Of a stretch of DNA of 64,000 nucleotides, positions 1-12,664 are shown in pieces; within the stretch, counting starts at the first letter, position 1; the number at the start of each line of letters is the position of its first letter. The DNA lies in assembly GCA_964016885.1 (NCBI GenBank), contig OZ024742.1, positions 17,112,001-17,176,000 of the forward strand. The letters are read 5' to 3'. A program made the position numbers and the translations under genes. Below the pieces are notes generated by a model that was not told the origin of the DNA, did not search any database, and was given only the letters and a program-made list of their open reading frames with translations. The DNA comes from Eledone cirrhosa. Lineage: Eukaryota.

Positions 1-42
1 CAGAACAAAGGAGAGGCACAAAAACAAAGAAAAGAATCCCCA

Positions 43-85
43 GTCACTGAAGAGGCCACAGAATGTGTGACGAAAGAACTTTGAC
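43..85 (+). ncRNA. Minimal type I hammerhead ribozyme-like motif
   Basis: GTCA-CTGAAGA-(GGCCACA GAA TGTGTGAC)-GAAA-GAAC-TT-TGAC; stem I GTCA/TGAC; ~200 bp upstream of a (TA)n. Confidence 0.6.
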
Positions 86-289
86 AATATATAAACAATC
101 ATCCGGTTGTGGAACCAACCAACCGGAAATTTATAAATTCCCAAATTTATAAATTCATTATAACAAATTGAAGTGAAAGCAACTGGTGCGTGTGCTTCTC
201 ATTGGCAACATGACCCTCCCAAAGTATAACAATATCGGTTTCAACACACGTTTTCAGATAAAGAATCTTGCTAAACAAATTCGGAAACG

Positions 290-358
<69 letters not shown>

Positions 359-372
359 TAGACATACATAGA

Positions 373-626
373 TACCTAGTGGTAGTGTCGTATGTTCATA
401 CATACATACATACATATAGACATACATATATAGACATACATACATACCCAGGATAGTTACGTGTATATATATATATATATACCTAGGATAGTTACGTGTG
501 TACATATATATATATACATACATAGACATACATATATACCTAGGGGTAGTGACATATGTACATACATACATACATACATACATACATACATACATACATA
601 CATACATACATACATACATACATACA

Positions 627-658
<32 letters not shown>

Positions 659-686
659 GACATACATATATACCCAGGATAGTTAC

Positions 687-752
<66 letters not shown>

Positions 753-941
753 AGGATAGTTACGTGTGTACATAGATATATATACATACATACACATACA
801 TATATACCTAGGGGTAGTGCCGTATGTACATACATACACACACATAGACATACATATATAGACATACACATAAACACAGGATAGTGACGCGTGTACATAT
901 ATATATATATACACACCGAGGGATAGTGACGTGTGTACATA
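373..941. repeat. Composite minisatellite: nine ~20-27 bp units (TACCTAGGATAGTTACGTGT-like) separated by (TA)n/(TACA)n
   Basis: Units start near 373, 445, 480, 537, 671, 748, 805, 873, 914. Confidence 0.8.
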
Positions 942-1200
942 CATACATACATACATACATACATACATACATACATGCATACATACATACATTCATACAT
1001 ACACACATGCATACATAGAGATACATATATATATATATATAGTATATATATGATGTATATACATACATAGACATACATACATACATGATGATGGCTGCCC
1101 CCTCGTTATCGATCGAGTATGGCCATTGCACGAGGAGAAAGAAAAAAAAAAAGAAAGAATAATAATAATAATAAATAAATAAAAATAAAAAAATAAAAAA

Positions 1201-1259
<59 letters not shown>

Positions 1260-1303
1260 TACACACTCACACACACATATACACACACACATACATTAAT
1301 AAC

Positions 1304-1335
<32 letters not shown>

Positions 1336-1412
1336 CAATAATAATAACGACAACAGCAATAATAATATACATATACATATATATATATACACACACACGC
1401 ACACACATAAGC

Positions 1413-1444
<32 letters not shown>

Positions 1445-1454
1445 GATAGCAACT

Positions 1455-2183
1455 AACAGTGCTGCGATCGAATGTGGCTTTTTAGCCCAGCCAATGATCT
1501 AAAATGTCTTGCACAGATCGGCAACCAAAACATTTACTGGGAATAGTTGGCTGTGGTGGGAGTTCGTGTACTTTTGCATGTCGCTTGAGCCCTCCTGCTG
1601 ATTTACATTCTCTACCACATGTTTGGCAAGCATGATGAGTAGCATCTCCAACAGCAGCCTGGTAGTCAACCACTGGTCTTACTTTATGACTGCGAAGATG
1701 ACTTTCGAGTACAGCTTTGCTTAGGTAGAGTCTCGCACAGACGCTGCATGTCAGCACCATAGGAGGACCCTCGCCGTCTGGAAGTGCAACAGCAATGCCC
1801 TTCCTCACATCCCGCTTTACTTTCTCGTATGCGATTCGAGATGCCTCAAAGGCAACTTTTCCCTCATATACAGTCTTTCTCCATTTATTACGATCAGCAG
1901 CAATATTCTCCCATGTATCAGCAGAGATGTTAGCGTCTTTCAGAGAGGCTTTCAAGGAATCCTTATACCTCTTTTTTGGTCTATGTGGCGGTCGTTTTCC
2001 TTTAACTAACTCTCCATAAAAAAGTTGTTTTGTTATTCTAGAATCCTTGATCCTGGCAAGGTGACCACTCCAACGGAGCCGTTGCTTAAGCACAAGAGCT
2101 TCTATACTGTCACACATAGAGCTTTCCAAAATCTCGACATCACTGATGTGGTCCCTCCAGTGAACGCCATGGATCCGTCTGAG

Positions 2184-2186
<3 letters not shown>
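1455..2186 (-). mobile_element. 5'-truncated RTE-clade LINE 3' end with C-terminal C2H2 fingers
   Basis: ORF 1482-2228 has RLRWSGHLAR..KQLFYGEL..GKR...RPKKRYKD..W...A.DR..WR typical of RTE C-termini, then CxxC-x12-HxxxH fingers; the N-terminal YIYI part is microsatellite. Confidence 0.8.
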
Positions 2187-2221
<35 letters not shown>

Positions 2222-2456
2222 ACAACATACATTATGTATATATATATATTGGATTGGACACTACCGTACATTTTGGTAGATTTATCTACATATATATATA
2301 TATATGTATTGTTTTTGTTTATGCCACGAAACTACGTAGTCGAGGAATCTAGGAGCAGTTTAGGTATGATACATTTTATTACTAATTATATCTAAATGTT
2401 TCTTCTCTCTTCATAATGTATATATATATATATATATTTAATTGTGCAACATATAT

Positions 2457-2526
<70 letters not shown>

Positions 2527-4094
2527 ACTGTGATTTGATGTGAGATGCTTCAGTTAACGACTGTGTCGCACAAAAAGAACCCCCTCTCAAATAAATAGCA
2601 AACAACGCAAAAAATAAACCAAGAGAAGGAAATCATGAAAACTAAAATAAGAAAAAAAAACCTCCAGTCGTTTCTAACTAGTGAATCATACATGCAATTG
2701 TAAAAAATAGTTTTTATAACACATCAATCGCTTTATTCTTTTCATTTTGTTGTTAGTACCATATGTGTTTCCATGCATTACTGCACACACCATGTATGGT
2801 ATATAATATCAAGATCAATTTGTGTTCAAGTCCAATCCAGGCCTTTGTAAACATTATATCAATAATGAGCTGTAGACTTGACTTGTTATTACAGTCTCAA
2901 ATGGATATAAACGGTATCTGTGTTGACGGATATTGATTTCGAATTTGCATACAAATGTCAGAATAATTGTACATATAATTGTAAATTGTACATATAATTG
3001 TAAATACATGCATGTGAATGTGTAGATGTGTATATGTATATATACACATCTACACATTCACATGCGGATGTAACCCATCCACGCTCGCCTACCCACCATT
3101 GGTGCATTGGTGGGTCTATCCTGACGTATATCTTGTGGATCTGTACCTCTGTATGCGCATGAGTTGTGATGTAATGTATCTATGTGGAGCGTGTACTGTG
3201 ATATAGGCTGCACTAATAGAAATTTAGCCTGTAACTGTGGGCGGACCTGTGCCATCCCGCCGTAAGCAGTAGATACGTGGCGCATGTACGTGTTGCCCTC
3301 ATATTCTGTGGTTTAAGATCTACAGGCTGACTTCTGGGAGCTCTTGCCCGGGGTTGTAGTCTTTCTAGCACGATCGGCCTTCCATATATTGACGGTCGTT
3401 GTTATGATCCCGAAAGTAACGTTTTGGCCCCGATAGCCCTCCGTAGTTACTAACGGTCTGTGTACACTTGAATCGGGCAATGGCACGTGCGGACATGATT
3501 ATCTCCGTAGGAATTCAACTTTATTTTACTACATCTCATCGTATGTATTTATTTTGAATGTATTATCCGTGGTGGTGGGTCTTGCCTAATGTGGTATTTC
3601 GGTGTTTAATATCAGCTTTGACCCGGGTGTCCTACGCTGCGTGTGTGTGCGTGTGTGTCTGTGTATACATTTATATGTGTATGGGTGTAGGTGGTTGTAT
3701 ATGTCTGTATATAAAAAAAAAATATATATATATGTATACCGTCTCTGCATATGCATGTGGTGTGTATATGTGCATATACGTGCTGAACATATTGATGTGT
3801 ACAATCTTGTGATGTCCCAATGCGGTGACTTCATGGCTCTTGAAGCTATTTTTTATATCTTTTGTATGCGCTCCAACTGTGTCTGCTTGCTTTGGCTAAC
3901 CCGCCTGCACCTCGCTTGCTACTGCACGTGAATTCTCCTACCTTCCTTCGATGCACCTCTGTTTGACCATTGGACTCCTGCCCGGGCGTGAACCGGTTTG
4001 TGATTACCCCACCGCTCAACTGTGTGAATGCACACCTGTGACTTTCGAGTGAACTTTTGAGACTGCCCAACCTGGGACGCCTCCATTGCCTTGC

Positions 4095-4254
4095 AATGGT
4101 CAAGTGATACTGGTGACTGTGACACTTAGTGCCTTCGTGGGCCCCTGATGTTTTCAAGAAATATATTTTTAAAAAATGGTCAAGTGATACAGATGACTGT
4201 GACACTTAGTGCCTTCGTGGGCCCCTGATATATTCAAGAGATATATTCTAAAAA
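4095..4254. repeat. 80-bp tandem duplication (2 copies)
   Basis: AATGGTCAAGTGATAC...GGGCCCCTGAT repeated at 4095 and 4175. Confidence 0.9.
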
Positions 4255-4335
4255 AATATATATCTTATCTCAATTTACTTTATTTCATTTTATTTTATTT
4301 TATCTAATTTTAATTATTTACTTATTTAATTTCAT

Positions 4336-4370
<35 letters not shown>

Positions 4371-4437
4371 CTTATTTATTTATTTATTTATTTATTTAAA
4401 TTTAATTTTAATTTTAATTTTATTTATTTATTTAATT

Positions 4438-4473
<36 letters not shown>

Positions 4474-5017
4474 TTACATTTAATTATATCTTATATTATA
4501 TTATTTTACTTTAGTCTACTTTATTTTATTTTAGTTTACCTTATTTTATCTTATTTTATGATTATATTATATTATGTTCTATTTTATATAATTTTAATTT
4601 TAATTTTATATTATTTTATTTCATTCCTTAACCTGTATCACTATTATCTGTATATTTTATATTTTATATGTAAGTTTGTTATATATTTTTTTATATTTTC
4701 TTATATATATTATAAGTCTGTTTTTCACCTATTTTTTACCTACTCTTACCTAATCCTATCTATCTTATCTACTCTTGTCTGTTCTCTTATCCATGTGTAT
4801 GCTTGTATGTAACTATATGTTGACAGCACCCCGCCCAACTGTGACTGATAGCACCCCTTATTTTTCATTGTTTATTTTATTATTTTATTTTTATTTTTAT
4901 TTTTATTTTTATTCTTATTTTTACTTTTACTTCCTTACTATCCTTTATCTTCTATTATTTTTCATTCTTCAATGTCTTGGATTTGTTATTGCTTGTATGG
5001 TATGTAATTAACCTTTA

Positions 5018-5063
5018 TGCTCTGATGAGTCCCACTTATAGTGCGGATGAAACAATGTTAGCA
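5018..5063 (+). ncRNA. Minimal hammerhead ribozyme-like motif
   Basis: TGCT-CTGATGA-GTCCCACT TAT AGTGCGGAT-GAAA-CAATG-TT-AGCA; stem I TGCT/AGCA. Confidence 0.7.
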
Positions 5064-5162
5064 AGTAAAGATATGCATATGCTATAGGCGTTCTTTGTTA
5101 TTTATTATATATGTATATATATATAGATGTGAGAAAAACCACAGACCCTCCATCTCAACTCA

Positions 5163-5200
5163 CCTTTTGAAAAGCAGAAGAACTGCGAAACCGGTAAAGG
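5163..5200 (+). ncRNA. Hammerhead-like motif with U3-A8 core variant, in a short repeat also at 56365-56482 (-) and 62330-62530
   Basis: CCTT-TTGAAAA-GCAG AAGAA CTGC-GAAA-CCGG-TA-AAGG. Confidence 0.6.
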
Positions 5201-5654
5201 AACCAAATAAATATATATATTTTTTTTTAAAATAAGACATCAGTTGCATTTTCGATTTAATCTCTTTTTCTTTATACTTTCACTCGTGTAGAACACCTCG
5301 GTTATTTTTCATTTTGTAAAAAAAACCTCACTTTCTAATATATATATATATATATATATTGCCTAGTAGTGGGTTCTCTTCTTGCTCACATGTCACTCAC
5401 GTCGGACGGTCTGTTTCTTGATCGCTCATGAAATCCACACAGCTTATGCTGACCGGATAACCATATTGCTTGTTTATTCCCATCTTTGCGTTGCTTTCAT
5501 CCTTCTATGTTGTTTACTTGTCTCACTCGCTTTACGCGATTTACTTGTCCCAATAGCTTTTTTTAGTTATTGCTCGCACCAACCCAAGTTTTAGTGAGCT
5601 GACAGACAAAGAGACATTCTCTGTTCTAGATATATAGATATATATATATAATTA

Positions 5655-5794
5655 TATATTCGTGTACAGATATTTTTGCATATACAATAACAAAATAAAC
5701 GTATTTATTTCACGAGGCTCAATAAGGATAAATATATATAAAATATATAAGAACCCTAGAGCAAATCCCGAGTAACGCCGAGCCATTCTGCTAG
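5655..5794 (+). mobile_element. Helitron-like 3' end
   Basis: CCCGAGTAACGCCGAG hairpin, then CTAG-T; homologous to 24061-24303. Confidence 0.5.
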
Positions 5795-5807
5795 TATATA
5801 TATATAT

Positions 5808-5873
<66 letters not shown>

Positions 5874-6074
5874 AGTATATGCTGGTTGTTTACCGACACC
5901 TTAGTATGCAGATTGGAGCACTCGACGAAGTAGGCAGGTTGGTTTATTCACTCTGGAGTAATGTAAAATAAGTAAGTTAAATATGTAAAATTTGGCTTCG
6001 TTTATTATAAATTATAAGTTTACTGCTATATATATTTCGGTGACGGCTGTTCTAGCGATATATATACATACATC

Positions 6075-6246
<172 letters not shown>

Positions 6247-6422
6247 TGTGTGTGTGTGTGTGTATCGCGAGAACAGCCGTTAAAATAGCCAAATACTATA
6301 TATATATATATATAATTAGTAAATTTGTATTCCAATGTTACTAAGTAGTTGCATTGGATGGAGTCAACCTACGTCAGAGATTGCTCAACGTATAATAAAG
6401 TGTGTTTTAAAATCCGGAGAAA

Positions 6423-6868
6423 ATATGGAGAAGAAGTTTATGAAATGGAAATGCGGGTATACAGAATTTATTAGGTAACAATTGTTTCTATAGTGTATGA
6501 GTTACCTATACCTCGCTATTTGAATAATATAAAAATATTATCATAAACCGAAGGTACACTGTAAGCAAACACACCATGTCGTCAGACCTTTGTATTGGAA
6601 TGATATGAAAATATTTTATACACTAGATAAAAAATCCCCTTATCTTCCTACCTCCTTCTTTATCTTTTATCTAGTGTATAAAATATTTTCATATCATTCC
6701 AATACAAAGGTCTGACGACATGGTGTGTTTGCTTACAGTGTACCTTCGGTTTATGATAATATTTTTATATTATTCAAATAGCGAGGTATAGGTAACTCAT
6801 ACACTATAGAAACAATTGTTACCTAATAAATTCTGTATACCCGCATTTCCATTTCATAAACTTCTTCT

Positions 6869-6874
<6 letters not shown>
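6423..6874. repeat. ~210-bp inverted repeat (fold-back) with 32-bp spacer, ending in (TA)n
   Basis: 6423-6632 is the reverse complement of 6665-6874. Confidence 0.95.
6708..6824 (+). ncRNA. Hammerhead-like motif with ~90-nt stem II (mirror copy 6473-6589, - strand)
   Basis: AGGT-CTGACGA-[long hairpin ATGGTGTGT...ATACACTAT]-GAAA-CAATTG-TT-ACCT. Confidence 0.65.
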
Positions 6875-6910
<36 letters not shown>

Positions 6911-6940
6911 AAAGAAAAACGGAATAGGATACAAATTAAT

Positions 6941-7124
6941 TGTTTCTACTTTTGGCACAAGGCCAGCAATTACCCAGTGTATTACTGGTACTTTATTTTA
7001 TCGACCCCGTAAGGATGAAAGGCAAAGTGAACCTCGGCGGGATTTGAACTCAGACCATAAAGGGACGTAACTATGCTGGAAAGCATGGCGTCCAACTGTC
7101 TACCGATACTGCCAATCCACCACC
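6941..7124 (-). mobile_element. Full-length tRNA-derived SINE with 21-bp TSD
   Basis: A-box-like TGGCAGTATCGGT, B-box GAGTTCAAATCC, central GCCTTTCATCCTTACGGGGTCGATAAAAT (resembles the MetaSINE domain, from memory); TSD CGGAATAGGATACAAATTAAT at 6920-6940 and 7125-7145. Confidence 0.9.
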
Positions 7125-8097
7125 CGGAATAGGATACAAATTAATGTTATTAGGTAGTGGCTTAGGTGAAGTGAAAGGGAGATAATGATGATGTTAAGAC
7201 CAGATCCTTGTCTGGAAAATAAGAAAATGCCGCGGAAAGTTAAGGAGACTAGGAGAAAAGAGTTTGAGGCAAATGGTCTTGTATGTAGATAAGATTACAG
7301 AGCAAAATATCCTAGATACATTAGCCGGCCAAAATGGCGACAAGGAAGGTCGCTTGACCACGTCTTGACCAAACAAAATATAATATTTTCACCAAAAACT
7401 GCCCTTTAAACACATGTCAGATGGATTACAATATTCATTATTACAATTACTTTGACTGTTCCCTGACAACTAGTACCAGTTTCAAGATAGAATTATCTTA
7501 ACGAAGTATATATAATTTGACTTGATTTTCGCCAACAAACCACGTGTGGACATGGAAGGGGAAAAAAGGAAAAAAAACAAAACAAATCACTACATTCCTT
7601 AAGGATCGCAGTAAGTACTCCACAAAACATATAAACAACAATATACACACAGATTTATATACATATATATAACATATGCATATACACACACGTGAAAAGA
7701 AACCACACTATTTCGTGTGAGACACTATACCGGCCAATTTTACCAATTTACATTGGTAAAATATTTCTTAACATTGACTTCCCTTCTAACCCACATACAC
7801 CTTTTAATTATATATATATACTAGCAGCTGAAAGTTAATAATTTGAAAAAAAAAAAATTATTGAAAGTTTATTATCAAGAAGCAGTATCAGGGGAAAAAA
7901 ACGTTATTTCGCTGTTAATAAACAACTGCCTTCTACAGTACGTTTCATTTAACTTACGCAGCATATTTATTTGTTTACATGCACAGACTCTTCTGTACAC
8001 ACACAACATTTAGGAAAACGGAAACAAAATACGCAAAAAAACAAAACAAAAAAACAGACATTTTATTTCTATCGTAATCAAGTGCGCTAAACCTATA

Positions 8098-9277
8098 TTG
8101 TTTACATTCTGTGTTTTTCTACGGATGGGTAAAAATAACAAAATTGCCATGGTGATATCCATCGATGAAGTATGCGACAAAACTGGTCGATGTCCCAAAA
8201 TAGAACATTGCCCGGAAGATCACACCTGCCATATCTGTACGGAACCTGAAAACTCGTTCCGTAATCGTTGGGTCGAATGTGGAACCTGTCGCATCTCTGT
8301 CTGCCTTCAATGCGCCACAGGCTTCCGGAAGATCCCAGGCCAAAATAAGAAACATGATATTGCTACGATGGATAGACTCTGGGAATTGGTCCAGCTAACA
8401 AACTGGTCCTTTCAGTGCCTGGACTGTATGCCTGCTTCTCCCATTGCTGCGAAACAACAACAACAACAAAAACCGAGGATCGTGTCTTCCTCTACTATTG
8501 TTCCTGAACAACAGCAAAAACCAACGACCGTAGCTTCTGCTACTACCCCCGTTGAAGGACTTCATCAACAACAGCAACCCATGTCTTCCTCACCCGTTAC
8601 TTTTCAACAACAACAACCGACGACTGTGTCTTCTACCATGCCTGTTGAAGGAGAAGAACAACAACAAAAACCGACCGTCAATACGGAGTTTGTGGAAATA
8701 CGGCAAATGATTTCCGCTTTAAGTCAAGAAATAGCGGAAATAAAATCAAGCGTTCGTGTAGAACCGCACAATGAGGGATCTTACCGGAGTGCCTTGTTAA
8801 AAAATCTCCGCGTACCTCATGTTGAACCTAGACGCATTGAGAATGCCACTGAATCTGCAAACCACGAAGTGATTTCCATTGGTGTGCCGGAAGACATAGT
8901 TGATCTTCAGGCATTTGCTGCCAGTTCATCCAAAGACCTGGCCGACCAGGCCCGAAACCAGGTTAATTAGACTGTCGTTTTCAAACTCAACTGAGGCACG
9001 TTCATACCTTGTAGCCTCTGATAAAGCTAGGCGTGAAAGTCAGATTGCTTTCCGAACACGTCCTGGTCTTCCACCTGATGTCCGCCCAAAGTTGCGTGCT
9101 GCAGCTTCCCTAAACCGCAGCTCGGCAGAACATGAAAGCTTCAGCCTACGAGATGATGGGCAGATATGGAAGTTTGTTAAGGCTGGCGAATCATGGAAAA
9201 GAGACACCAGCTGGTCTGAAAACACTGTACCCACAACAACTGACAATAAAGAAACTGAAAAAACTCTGGGAAACTAA
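8098..9277 (+). pseudogene. LINE ORF1 with PHD-like finger and Q-rich repeats (frameshift near 8950)
   Basis: CHIC...WVECGTC..SVCLQC...CLDC; ends GN* just before ORF2. Confidence 0.75.
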
Positions 9278-9333
9278 ATCAGAACAACCTGCCGTCCCCT
9301 GCACATAATCATAGACTGGAATCAAAGTACAAA

Positions 9334-12074
9334 TTGTTGTCCTTGAATGCATGTAGTCTATGCAATAAGATTAATCTTTTTGACTCCTACGTCAAAAGTA
9401 TCAACCCGGACTTCATTACAGTCACGGAAACTTGGGCACATCCCTTACTCTGTGATGGGGTTTTCAGCATGACTGGCTACAACCTGTTTCGTAAAGACCG
9501 TATTAATCGTCGTGGTGGTGGTGTAATGGTCTACGTTCGGTCAAATCTGTCGGCAATTCCTTGTGCTGATTTGAACCAATCACAGCAGGAAGTTTTTTTT
9601 CTGCGATATACGTATGACCATGTCAACACTGCTACTTGGAGTCGCTTACCGTCCCCCAAATTACCATCAGGACACTCAACTTTGTGATATCCTCAGAGCT
9701 GCTGCCAGGAAGACAGCCACTTATGTTTTCATTGCAGGTGACTTCAATCACCCTGAGATTGACTGGGAGACCTTTCGTTGGCCGCACATGACTTCTTTGA
9801 GCTGGTGCTGGACTCGAGTTGGTCCCAGGTGGTCACCTCCCCAACGAGAGGTGACAACACTTTGGACCTATTCTTCACCACTACTCCTGAAACGGTCATT
9901 AGTGTTACTGCTGAGGAACCTTTAGGTGACTCTGATCATGCTATGATCATTGCCAATCTATCCCTCATGGGCAGTAACAAGAACAACAACCATCTCCAAA
10001 CTGCTCACTTTGACTGGAATAAAGCAGACTGGAGTTGCAACGGCCAAACTGGCTTGAGTTCTACGACTCTGGAGATGTCAACACTGTACTCCAGAACATC
10101 CTGAGCTCAATATGGACAGCTTGTGCAGCATCGGTGCCACGTAAGCGGAAAAAACATCCCAAAAGCGCAATTTGGGAGACTGCAGCAGTCCGTCTTGCCA
10201 GAAAAGAACGGCGCAATGCTGAACGTGAGTACAAACTTCACAAATCAGACATTAATAGGAAGAGGCGAAATAGATCGTCCAACCACCTCAAACAGGTGAC
10301 AAAAAAGGCAGTGCTTCAATTTGAGCAGCGCATAGCAACCAGCCCTGACAGTAAGGTGTTCTGGAAGTATGTTCACTCAAAGCAGAGGCCTCACTCTCCA
10401 GTTGGTCCTCTTCGCAATCCCCACACAAGCCAGGTTACTGACGACCCCAAGGAATGCGCAGAGCTCATTGCTGAATGCTATGCAGGCATTTTCACTATTG
10501 AAGACCAGAGTGTACCATCTCCACCACTTATGACACCGAACTCTATTACAACCATGGAATTTACATCTGCAATGCTGCGACGTCACCTAAAAAATAAACG
10601 CAACCATGCCTCTCCTGGTCTTGATGGTGTTACGTACCTGCTTCTTAAACGTGGTGGGTACTTCCTTCTACACCAGTTATCACGCTTCTTCCAATTCTCT
10701 CTGAACAACAGTGCTACTCCAGAACAGTGGAAAACTGCCAGTGTCATTCCTCTGTTCGAAAAGGGTGACCGCACATCACCTGTGAACTATCGTCCAGTCA
10801 GTCTTACTAGTTGCATCGCCAAACTGATGGAATCCTGTGTCAGAGAAACACTTTGGAACTTCTGGAGCTCTCACAGTCTTATCCGGCCCTCGCAATTTGG
10901 ATTTATCCCTAACTCCAGCTGCTGTGATCAACTTATAGAGTTTCTTGAGGACATCACCCGGATCACTGATGGCGGTTCATGGGTGGATGTTGTTTACCTT
11001 GACTTTGCGAAGGCCTTCACATTTTGTGCCACACAAAAGGCTTATGGCAAAACTCTTTGCAATGGGTGTGAGGGATGATCTTTTTAACTGGTTGAAGTCC
11101 TTCATTCTCAGTCGAAGAGAGGTAGTCACGGTTTGGGACAGCATTCCTCACCATATGAGATGTCATCTGGTGTACCACAGGGATCTGTTCTTGGCCCCCT
11201 TTTGTTTGTGGAATATATTAATGACATAGATGCCAACTTAAGGAATGCCACAGTACTAAAGTACGCAGACGACATCAAGCTGTACCTTGAGATAAAAAGG
11301 ACAGATCCTGAACACTATAGATCTTGCTTGCAGTCTGACCTGGACACAATGCAACAGTGGATCTCAGCCTGGAAACTCAAGCTAGCTGTGGACAAGTGCA
11401 CCACCATGCATTTTGGGAGTAAAAGCCCAGCGTCCACATACTGCCTCCACAGCACTAATATTAAGAAGTCTTCCTGTGAACGTGACCTGGGCATTACGGT
11501 CAGCAGCGATTTGCGTTGGACGAGGCACGTCTCTAAAATTGTCAAGAGGGCCGAGGGTGTCTTAGCATCACTCAGCAAGACCTTTGTCAGCCGCTCTCCA
11601 GATATCTATTTAAGGCCGTATACAGCTATGGTGCGACCACACTTAGAATTTGCATCACCAGTCTGGAACCCCTATCTTGCTCAGGACATTGACCGCCTGG
11701 AAACTGTTCAGAGACGTGAAACCAAGCGAATACCCTCCATCAGGCATCTACCATACTCTGAACGCCTTGCTTCCCTGGGCATGGATTCATTGAAGCTCCG
11801 ACGCCTGGCAACTGACTTGGTAAACACCCACAAAATTGTTAACCATGTTGCCAACAACAACCCTGAGTACCTTTTCGATTTCCATGTGTCTAACACGCGT
11901 GGACATGCCCACAAAGTAAGAAAACAGCACAGTTCCCATGACTTTCGGAAACATTTTTTCACGCTCAGAGTTGCTGAAGCATGGAACAAACTACCTGCAT
12001 CAGTTGTTAGCTGCCGAGACACTGCATCCTTTAAGGCCTCCATGCTTCCCGAGATCCGCCAACACTACAGCTAA
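9334..12074 (+). pseudogene. LINE ORF2 (APE endonuclease + reverse transcriptase), several frameshifts
   Basis: VTETW, RRGGGV, YRPP, GDFN, LDL, SDH; YRPVSLTS, LDFAKAF, SGVPQGSVLGP, YADD, TRGH, WNKLP. Confidence 0.95.
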
Positions 12075-12200
12075 CACATACACACATGTACTTCCCTGAC
12101 ATTTGTGTATTATTCTATGTACTATATTGACGAGTTGTAGTGCACCTGAGCGCTTTACACAATAATTTCATTATTATTATTATTATACACACACACACAG

Positions 12201-12265
<65 letters not shown>

Positions 12266-12331
12266 ACACTCCTGTGTTTTTCCTCTCTATATTATATATA
12301 TATATGTATGTGTGTTATTATATATGTATAT

Positions 12332-12377
12332 GTATGAATCCGGTGATATCATCATGATGATATCACCGGATTCATAC
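12332..12377. repeat. 46-bp perfect palindrome centred on the core of a truncated hammerhead (12355-12405)
   Basis: GTATGAATCCGGTGATATCATCA|TGATGATATCACCGGATTCATAC, continuing ...GAAA-TGATCA-TA. Confidence 0.85.
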
Positions 12378-12598
12378 GGAACCCGGTCATTGAAATGATC
12401 ATAGTATAATAAACCTTTCAAGGACTTACACAAATCCAGCCTCCTGTCATTTCATTATAATATTTAACTCCGTAATAGCACCACCAACTACAAAAACAAA
12501 GACGGTTGAACTGCTTTACGTTGAGTACTCTCTATATTATTGCATTACGATTGACCATACGGAATAGACCAGCTCTATACAGTGGTGAACCTCAAACC

Positions 12599-12661
<63 letters not shown>

Positions 12662-12664
<3 letters not shown>

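Larger units (their letters stand above)
7830..12185 (+). mobile_element. Near full-length CR1-type LINE, frameshifted
   Basis: ORF1 + APE + RT in order; (ATT)n 3' tail; 5' boundary approximate. Confidence 0.9.

Noticed and set aside
373-941. CRISPR array
   Set aside because: Spacers are microsatellites of irregular length, there are no cas genes, and the context is eukaryotic
6941-7124. tRNA gene
   Set aside because: A/B boxes belong to a multi-copy SINE with TSD; no cloverleaf
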